Shown here: positions 57,690 to 64,000 of the stretch, piece after piece | Numbering within the stretch: position 1 is the stretch's first letter | How the letters are laid out: every line of letters starts with the position of its first letter | Source: an uncultured Bacillota bacterium | GTDB lineage: Bacteria > Bacillota_I > Bacilli_A > RF39 > UBA660 | Direction: 5' to 3' | Assembly: GCA_946622285.1 (NCBI GenBank) | Contig: CAMOPK010000002.1 | Location: 4,313 to 68,312, forward strand | DNA length: 64,000 bases | Program-made: the position numbers and the translations under genes | Notes under the pieces: model-generated | What the model was told of the DNA's origin: nothing | The model's database searches: none | Seen by the model: the letters and a program-made list of their open reading frames with translations, nothing else

Positions 57690-57766
57690 TGGCGCCTCAA
57701 GTAGGACTCGAACCTACGACCCCTTGATTAACAGTCAAGTGCTCTAACCGACTGAGCTATTGAGGC
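57690..57766 (-). tRNA. tRNA-Asn (anticodon GUU)
   Basis: 77 nt: GCCTCAA...CTGTTAA loop...GGTTCGAGTCC...TTGAGGC-G-CCA. Confidence 0.9.
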
Positions 57767-57772
57767 ATTAAA

Positions 57773-57849
<77 letters not shown>

Positions 57850-57932
57850 ATTTAAATCTGCGACTACTAAAGTATATCGTATTTAGTCACTTTTGGCAAG
57901 TATTTTTCCAAAAGTTCTCAAAATTCATATGT

Positions 57933-57962
57933 ATTATACATAAAGTATGACGTTTTTGTCAA
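57933..57962 (-). promoter_or_regulatory. Candidate promoter for the tRNA-Ile/Asn/Glu cluster
   Basis: Minus strand: TTGACA (57962..57957), an 18-nt spacer, then TATAAT (57938..57933). A second TTGCCA-17-TATACT lies downstream. Confidence 0.5.
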
Positions 57963-57984
57963 CAAAAAAAGTACATTTCTGTAC

Positions 57985-58371
57985 TTAAAGTTGTCTTAAA
58001 TCAAATGATTTTACATTCTTTATTTTTGTATATTCGCCTTCTATATTTGTCCATACACCTTTTTCTTCGGATTCAAGGCTTACTTTTATTTTAAGACCAT
58101 CTTTTACTACTTTAACTGGTTCTCCATTTATAGTAGTTAATTCTTTTTCTGTAACTTTTAAATAGTTTTCATATTCAACTGGATAAAATTGAAAATTTTC
58201 ACCTTTTTGCATAACAGCAATTGAAGCAGTATTATTATCTCCTGTAAATATTAAGATTGAATAATCTGTGCCATTCGTATAAACACCATTCCATGTTTCA
58301 TCAGGTTTACCACATCCTGTCATTAAAAGTGAAAAAACAAAAACAATTAATAAACTTAATACTTTTTTCAT
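57985..58371 (-). CDS. Small lipoprotein, function unknown
   Basis: 128 aa: MKKVLSLLIVFVFSLLMTGC with the lipobox MTGC. Confidence 0.6.
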   Translation of the reverse strand: MKKVLSLLIVFVFSLLMTGCGKPDETWNGVYTNGTDYSILIFTGDNNTASIAVMQKGENFQFYPVEYENYLKVTEKELTTINGEPVKVVKDGLKIKVSLESEEKGVWTNIEGEYTKIKNVKSFDLRQL

Positions 58372-58445
58372 ATGTGCCTCCTCTATTCTAAAATAATGAT
58401 ATCATAAAATTGTTTCTTTGAAAATATAAAAATATAACTACTATG

Positions 58446-59420
58446 TTATATTTTTATTGTTCTTTCCTTACTTCCTTCACGCTTAAGAACTATTGCACTA
58501 TCACTTTCATAGCAATTAGGGAATTTAATTAATTCCTCTTCTCTTAAGTGTTCTGGAATTATATTAATGCGATTAAATGGGTATACTTGACCATCTCTTG
58601 CTGGAGTTTCAAATACATAATAAAGGAATAATACTCCATCTTTATTTAATAATTGTTCAAGTTCTTTTTCATAGCCAAATATTACTTGATATGTCCACGA
58701 AGTTTTGGAATATCTAAAAAAGTAATCTAATATATTTGATAACATTATTGCATCATATTTTTTTCCTTTAAACGTCTTTGCTAAATCAAGGGCATCAATT
58801 TTACTAAATGTTATAGTAGTAGATGCAAGATTTGCTCTTAATGTATTGTAATTTTCTTCACTTATAAAGTAATTACTACCGAATGGTTGATATTCCCAAC
58901 GTCTACTATCATATCCAAGTATTAATAAATCTATTATGTTTTTGACTGGTAATTTCTTATTATATATATAATCAATTAATTCTTGGAAAAATATTTGATG
59001 TTTTTTCTCCATATATGGAAATAGACTCTTAACAAGTTCAATAACGCCCTCTGGTGGAATAAAACCATATGTAATACCAAACATTTTTCTTTTGAATTGG
59101 TTGTAATTATATTTTAAAATCATAGCTCTTTTGAAACCTAATGCATAATATTCAGTCAAATAATTGCTATCAAAAGTATCAACATGTTTAGCACCTAATG
59201 TAACTAAATTAAATGGATGATCCCCACTAGATAATACCGAAAGTCCTGAAGCAGGTTTTATATTAGCAGCAGTTAAATATCCGTTTATGTCTTCATTAGT
59301 CCATGCATAAACGAAATCATAATCACCACATACTTCTGAATCACTTTCTTTTATTTGAAGCTCTTCCATAAAATCAACATTGTGTTTAACACCTGAAATT
59401 GATCTTTCTAAATCAGTCAT
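58446..59420 (-). CDS. Hypothetical protein, possibly DUF3419/BtaA-like SAM-dependent transferase
   Basis: 324 aa. YAWTNED...LSVLSSGDHPFNLVTLGAKHVDTFDSNYLTEYY resembles the N-terminal signature of DUF3419. This is recalled from memory and not verified. Confidence 0.3.
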   Translation of the reverse strand: MTDLERSISGVKHNVDFMEELQIKESDSEVCGDYDFVYAWTNEDINGYLTAANIKPASGLSVLSSGDHPFNLVTLGAKHVDTFDSNYLTEYYALGFKRAMILKYNYNQFKRKMFGITYGFIPPEGVIELVKSLFPYMEKKHQIFFQELIDYIYNKKLPVKNIIDLLILGYDSRRWEYQPFGSNYFISEENYNTLRANLASTTITFSKIDALDLAKTFKGKKYDAIMLSNILDYFFRYSKTSWTYQVIFGYEKELEQLLNKDGVLFLYYVFETPARDGQVYPFNRINIIPEHLREEELIKFPNCYESDSAIVLKREGSKERTIKI

Positions 59421-59474
59421 AGTATTCCTCTTTTCGAGTACTGTATGTTATCATATTATCATTATTTGTGCAAT

Positions 59475-59500
59475 AAAAAACTAGTCAAAACTAGTTTTTA
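59475..59500 (-). terminator. Terminator downstream of tRNA-Thr
   Basis: AAAAACTAGT-CAAA-ACTAGTTTTT. Confidence 0.65.
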
Positions 59501-59506
59501 ATAAAA

Positions 59507-59580
59507 TGGTGCCGCGACGGTGAATTGAACACCGAGTTAAGCCTTACCATGGCTTTGTATTGCCATTATACTATCGCGGC
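59507..59580 (-). tRNA. tRNA-Thr (anticodon GGU)
   Basis: 74 nt: GCCGCGA...ATGGTAA loop...TCGCGGC-A-CCA. Confidence 0.85.
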
Positions 59581-59588
59581 AAGAAGAA

Positions 59589-60866
59589 TTACTCTCCTAT
59601 TAAATATGGATATTGTAATTCTTTTATTTTGCATGTCTTTGGTTCTTTTAAATCAGATTTACTTCCAAGCATTTTAATACTTAAATAGTTACCAGTATGA
59701 CCATATATATAACCATCTTTATATGTTTCAGGAATAAATTCAACTTCACTATCAATAAACTTATTCATGTAATTTATTTCCAACTCTTTTGAAACATTAA
59801 CTAAAATTCTAGATCTTTCTTTCTTAACGCTCTCATCTACTTGACCATCCATAAGATCTGCCTTAGTCCCTTTTCTTCTAGAATATGGAAATACATGTAT
59901 CTTAGAAAATTCAATTCTCTTCACAGTTTCTATTGTTTCATTGAATAATTCTTCTGTTTCATTAGGGAAACCAACAATTACATCAGTTGAAATAGATATA
60001 TTTGGTCGGATTTTTCTTATTTCTTCTATTTTATTTTCAAAATAATTTAAATCATATCTACGATTCATTAATTTAAGTATTTCATTACTTCCAGCTTGTA
60101 GTGGAATATGTAAATGATCAACTAAAACTTTACTATTTCTTAAAACATCCATGAATTTATCATTTAATTCAACAATTTCAATAGAAGATATTCTAAGTCT
60201 TAATAATCCTTTAATTTTTAAAATATCATTTAATAAGTCAGCAAAATCATAGTCTTTAAATTCAGAACCATAATGTCCTGTATGAATACCAGTTAAAACA
60301 ATTTCTTGATGACCATTTTTAATTAATTCCTTGATTTCAGCAAAAATAGTTTCTTTATTTTTACTTCTAACATTTCCCCTACTATAAGGAATTATGCAGT
60401 AGCTACAATAATTATTACAACCATCTTGAATTTTAACAAATGCTCTTGTTTTATCAAAATTATTTAATTTCATGTCTTCAAATCCAGAATGCATTACATC
60501 AATTACATTTTCAAGTCTTTGTTTTTTTAACAAATATTCATTTATCAAATCAACTATTTTACTTTTACCAACATTACCAATTGCAATATCTACATTTGCT
60601 TTTTCTTTTAAAATATCTTTATTTACTTGAACTAAACATCCTACAGCAACAAGAATTATGTTTTCTTTTTCTCTTTTAATTTGACGTAATGTTTTTAAAG
60701 ATTTATTATCTGCTGTATTAGTTACAGTACAAGTATTTACAATTGCAATATCTGCATCTTTTAAATTATCAGTAAGTATAAAACCTGCTGCTTCCAATTT
60801 TTCAGTCATAACATTTGATTCATAAGCATTTACCTTACAACCAAGATTATAAATTATGAATTTCAT
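59589..60866 (-). CDS. mtaB: Radical-SAM methylthiotransferase MtaB (MiaB-like, YqeV)
   Basis: 425 aa with an N-terminal UPF0004 Cys triad, the radical SAM CNNYCSYC motif, and synteny with rsmE. Confidence 0.85.
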   Translation of the reverse strand: MKFIIYNLGCKVNAYESNVMTEKLEAAGFILTDNLKDADIAIVNTCTVTNTADNKSLKTLRQIKREKENIILVAVGCLVQVNKDILKEKANVDIAIGNVGKSKIVDLINEYLLKKQRLENVIDVMHSGFEDMKLNNFDKTRAFVKIQDGCNNYCSYCIIPYSRGNVRSKNKETIFAEIKELIKNGHQEIVLTGIHTGHYGSEFKDYDFADLLNDILKIKGLLRLRISSIEIVELNDKFMDVLRNSKVLVDHLHIPLQAGSNEILKLMNRRYDLNYFENKIEEIRKIRPNISISTDVIVGFPNETEELFNETIETVKRIEFSKIHVFPYSRRKGTKADLMDGQVDESVKKERSRILVNVSKELEINYMNKFIDSEVEFIPETYKDGYIYGHTGNYLSIKMLGSKSDLKEPKTCKIKELQYPYLIGE

Positions 60867-60906
60867 AAATTCACTTCTTTCAAAAAATAAGCTTCGAGAG
60901 CTTATT

Positions 60907-61737
60907 TTAATTCAATTTGTTTCTGAAATCAACTAGTTCATCCAAAAACTTATCAGTTTCGTTGATTTCTTTTACTTCTTTTTTTGGTTCTTCAAACTCA
61001 ATTACCTCTGCAGCATCGTCTTCTAAATTTTTAAGCATACGATCTGATTCCCACTCATGAGTTTTTTCTTTTTTTGGTGGTCTTTTTATTTCACGATATG
61101 TTACATTAGTTTCTTCATTATAGCCAAATATTGGTGATATAAATTCACTTCTTTTAAACTTCTTTACCTCTTCTTTTGGAGGTTCCGGCTCTTTTATTGC
61201 CTCTTTTATTTCTTCTTTACTCTTATCTTCTAAAACCATATCTTTTTCACTATTATTTTTATATTTCATTAGTTCTTTATAACTTATAATAGCATTAGCT
61301 TCTTCATCATCTTCATAACGATTAGCTGATTCAACAAAATCTTCTTTATTATTAGCTTTATCTAAATCTTGTTGCATTTGATTTAGTAAAGTTTGAATAT
61401 TATTATCTGTTTTTTCTTCTTCCAAGACTTTTTGTTCATCAGTAGTTGTATCTTCTAAAACAACTTCAGTTTCTTCTGGTTCCTCAGAAACTTCTTCTAA
61501 CTCTGATGATGGTTTTTCAACTGGCTCATCTACTGAAACCGGTTGTATTGGTTCAATAGCTGGTTGCTCTACTGGCTTAGTTTCAAAATTTGGTGAAATT
61601 TCAATTTCTTCATCATCTTTTTTCTTTCTACCTGTAACAATATAATACACAACTAAAGTAATTGCTATTACAAAAACCGCAATTATTGCAATTGTTAGAT
61701 ACTCACTAAATTGACTTGCTAGAATCATTAATATCAC
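60907..61737 (-). CDS. Single-pass membrane protein with an acidic disordered region; shares an ISP(I/V)(F/Y)G motif with the protein at 5070..5876
   Basis: 276 aa with the TM helix LTIAIIAVFVIAITLVVYYIV, an E/K/P-rich region, and the motif KKFKRSEFISPIFGY. It has a 4-nt overlap with the rsmE stop. Confidence 0.5.
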   Translation of the reverse strand: MILMILASQFSEYLTIAIIAVFVIAITLVVYYIVTGRKKKDDEEIEISPNFETKPVEQPAIEPIQPVSVDEPVEKPSSELEEVSEEPEETEVVLEDTTTDEQKVLEEEKTDNNIQTLLNQMQQDLDKANNKEDFVESANRYEDDEEANAIISYKELMKYKNNSEKDMVLEDKSKEEIKEAIKEPEPPKEEVKKFKRSEFISPIFGYNEETNVTYREIKRPPKKEKTHEWESDRMLKNLEDDAAEVIEFEEPKKEVKEINETDKFLDELVDFRNKLN

Positions 61738-62435
61738 TCCATATATTCATAATTTAAAACACTCAAAAGAAATATTGGAACAGTTTCAACCCTCATTATT
61801 GTATTACCTAGTGTCACGGGAATAAAACCAAGATCAATTATTGATCTTTCTTCATTAGGTTCAAATCCCCCTTCTGGTCCAACTATCATATTAATTTTAA
61901 CACATTTTTTACTAGATTGTAAAACCTTTTTTAAGTTGTTGGTGTCTTCAACTGTACTACATATTAGTTTAAGTCCATCTAGGTTTGCAAATTCTTTAAT
62001 ATTCTTTTCAAAACTAATTTTTGGAATTGTACATCTCTTAGATTGCTCTGCTGCTTCTTTACATATACGAGCCCAACGCTCTAGCTTTTTATTTTCCTTA
62101 TTTTCATCAAATCTAATAATTGATCTTTTAGCATTGAATAGAATTATTTCAGATAATCCAAGTTCAGTTGCTTTCTGCAAAATCAGATCCATTTTTTGTT
62201 CTTTTAGTAAAGGTAATATCAAAGTTGTTGATATGTTTAATTCTCTAGATTCAATCTTTTCAATTTCTTCAATATTGTAATCATCTATTATTTTACATAA
62301 ATATGCTTCATTATTATATACAACTTCAACTTTTTCACCTATTTTTAAGCGCATTACCACTTTAATATGATAATAATCATCTTCTCTTAAAGTAAATATG
62401 CTATTTTCTTTATTCAAAGCAAAATATCTTTGCAT
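61734..62435 (-). CDS. rsmE: 16S rRNA (uracil1498-N3)-methyltransferase RsmE
   Basis: 233 aa with N-terminal MQRYF, a PUA-like domain, and a SPOUT C-terminus (IVGPEGGFEPNE...LGNTIMRVETV). Confidence 0.88.
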   Translation of the reverse strand: MQRYFALNKENSIFTLREDDYYHIKVVMRLKIGEKVEVVYNNEAYLCKIIDDYNIEEIEKIESRELNISTTLILPLLKEQKMDLILQKATELGLSEIILFNAKRSIIRFDENKENKKLERWARICKEAAEQSKRCTIPKISFEKNIKEFANLDGLKLICSTVEDTNNLKKVLQSSKKCVKINMIVGPEGGFEPNEERSIIDLGFIPVTLGNTIMRVETVPIFLLSVLNYEYME

Positions 62436-62446
62436 TTGATCACTCC

Positions 62447-62839
62447 TTAATATCTTAAACCAATTTCATATAAAACATCTTCAGAAGTTTTATATATACC
62501 TGCTATTGCAAATATTATTGATACAATTGATTCTCTCAACATTGATTTCCAATAAATACTATTAAATACATTACCTAAATTTCCTGTTATAAGTGGAAAG
62601 ACAATTAAGAATATTAACATCAAAATAAATATACTTATTCCAATTATAAATTTCGGCAATTGTTTATTAACTCTACCTTTTAATTTTCTATATCCCTTGT
62701 TTACTCCAGGTGCAATTAAAAAGGCTAAAAAAGGAAGTCTTATTGGTGATGCTATAAATGCAGCAATCCATGGTAAAGCAAATAGCAATCCTCCTATAAT
62801 TCCACCAATTGTTGCTTTAATGTATCTTTGGGTTTCCAT
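62447..62839 (-). CDS. Hypothetical multi-pass membrane protein
   Basis: 130 aa with 3-4 hydrophobic helices and no recognisable family. Confidence 0.45.
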   Translation of the reverse strand: METQRYIKATIGGIIGGLLFALPWIAAFIASPIRLPFLAFLIAPGVNKGYRKLKGRVNKQLPKFIIGISIFILMLIFLIVFPLITGNLGNVFNSIYWKSMLRESIVSIIFAIAGIYKTSEDVLYEIGLRY

Positions 62840-62847
62840 ATAATCTC

Positions 62848-63426
62848 CTATCTAAAGAATAATTTTCGATCTTCATCACTTATTTCAGACATTAATCGTC
62901 TCATATTATCGAGATAACAATCATTTCTAACTCTTGTATCATCAACAAAATCAAATTTTTTATTTTTATATACCATTTTGTCAATCTTGAAAATGTTAAA
63001 TCCCATTAAAATGTAATTGTGAAATATCTCAAAATCATTCGCTGCTGTTCTAATTTCACGATTTAGTCTTGTAACTAAATGACATCTAAAATAACCAACT
63101 AATAAATCGCTCAATCCAAGATTATATTTTTTTATAAATTTATCTAACGCAACAAGTTCATCATAAGTAGCATGCCTAAAATAATTTATTAATATTTGTC
63201 CTATTCTATCGTTAGTTTTAAGATCTAGAATAATATCTTTATTTTCAAACTTATCAATTAAATTTGTAAGTGTCATAAAAAAGAAAGAGGTCATTGATTC
63301 AATATTGTGGTTTTTTGCACGATAAATAGTACCATCATCTAATATGTAGCCGATGAAATTAGTCTTGCCAAAAAAATTTTCTGGTTGATTTGTATTAACT
63401 ACTTCTTCATGATAAGTATAAGCCAC
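62848..63426 (-). CDS. Hypothetical cytoplasmic protein
   Basis: 192 aa. GTG start after AGAGGT. No recognisable motif. Confidence 0.45.
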   Translation of the reverse strand: MAYTYHEEVVNTNQPENFFGKTNFIGYILDDGTIYRAKNHNIESMTSFFFMTLTNLIDKFENKDIILDLKTNDRIGQILINYFRHATYDELVALDKFIKKYNLGLSDLLVGYFRCHLVTRLNREIRTAANDFEIFHNYILMGFNIFKIDKMVYKNKKFDFVDDTRVRNDCYLDNMRRLMSEISDEDRKLFFR

Positions 63427-63457
63427 AAATATTACCTCTTCTTATTAAATACATAAA

Positions 63458-63534
63458 TGGTGTCCCCGATAGGACTCGAACCTACTACCTAAGGTTTAGG
63501 AAACCTTTGCTCTATCCTGGTGAGCTACGAGGAC
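63458..63534 (-). tRNA. tRNA-Arg (anticodon CCU)
   Basis: 77 nt: GTCCTCG...TTCCTAA loop...GGTTCGAGTCC...CGGGGAC-A-CCA. Confidence 0.88.
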
Positions 63535-63568
63535 ATCCATTTATATTTTAGCATAAATCAAGTTTTTA

Positions 63569-64000
63569 TTAAATAAATTTATGTGGTAAGATTAGTTTTT
63601 TCTCTTTGCGTTTTTCGATACTTCCTTCAATTATGCTATCAACTGCTGCTAATGCTGCTGCAGTCTTATCTTCTGGTTTTTCGGTTGCTTCAATTCTATG
63701 ATAGTTTGGGTGTCCTTCCCAAGCTTTTGATACAAAGTAGTCGACTATTGCAGCTTCGTCACCGTTTGCCTCTAATCTAAAAGTTCCATCATTTGCTAAT
63801 CTCTCATTAAAATTAATTATTCCTGCGCTTGTCTGGAGGCTTATTACTCCATCATATTTGGAATATAACCTTCTAATTGTATATCCCCTTCTGGCAATCA
63901 TTCTTTGGAATGTTTTATCATCGCCCAAATGCATCAATAGATATCCCCAGTTATCTATGGTTGCACGGTCATATATAATTACTGATTCCCTTGGCTGAGC
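63569..64000 (-). CDS. Partial CDS (C-terminal part; the N-terminus lies beyond the window end), possibly a P-loop kinase/ATPase-like protein
   Basis: The reading frame stays open to position 64000 (AQPRESVIIYDRATIDNWGYLLMHLGDD...). The IIYDR..D..GY segment resembles a nucleotide-kinase/AAA_28-type motif. This assignment is weak. Confidence 0.3.
   Translation of the reverse strand, partial: AQPRESVIIYDRATIDNWGYLLMHLGDDKTFQRMIARRGYTIRRLYSKYDGVISLQTSAGIINFNERLANDGTFRLEANGDEAAIVDYFVSKAWEGHPNYHRIEATEKPEDKTAAALAAVDSIIEGSIEKRKEKKLILPHKFI

Overview
The window is AT-rich chromosomal DNA of a low-GC Firmicute (Bacilli or Erysipelotrichia-like). A desulfoferrodoxin gene suggests an anaerobic lifestyle. 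I call about 60 protein genes, mostly on the minus strand. I also call 8 tRNA genes (all with encoded CCA), the RNase P RNA, and one T-box leader. I saw no rRNA, CRISPR array, transposase or integrase.

Gene order repeatedly matches Bacillus subtilis microsynteny:
- rodZ-pgsA-recA-rny
- gpsB-rnpB beside recU-ponA and nth-dnaD
- ireB-ruvX-yrzB-mltG-trmR-U32-U32
- dnaB-dnaI
- rsmE-mtaB

The window is dense in RNA-metabolism genes: RNase J, Y, III and P, an RNB-domain protein, CCA-adding enzyme, TrmB, TrmR, MtaB and RsmE.

Accessory surface and secretion genes are inserted into this core. The strongest candidate system is at 44210-49303. It has two ER/archaeal-type (SipW-like) signal peptidases interleaved with four predicted cargo proteins. 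Three cargo proteins share a T-x-(A/S)-K-Y-(T/F) SipW-cognate-like signal motif, and one of them is a 698-aa tandem Flg_new plus beta-helix protein. I read this as a TasA-type fibre/adhesin locus with an unusual architecture.

Other notable items:
- a proline T-box whose terminator abuts a tRNA-Pro(CGG) gene lying between the leader and an editing-domain-less proS
- an orphan 700-aa protein with a type IV prepilin leader
- a Cys-rich LysM protein with a VirB2/TrbC-like two-helix N-terminus, placed directly after rny
- two disordered acidic membrane-targeted proteins sharing a KKFK-x-S-x-(F/V)-ISP-(I/V)-(F/Y)-G motif
- an RNB-only ribonuclease-like gene coupled to dnaB-dnaI

All calls come from reading the sequence and ORF translations. 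No database search was run.
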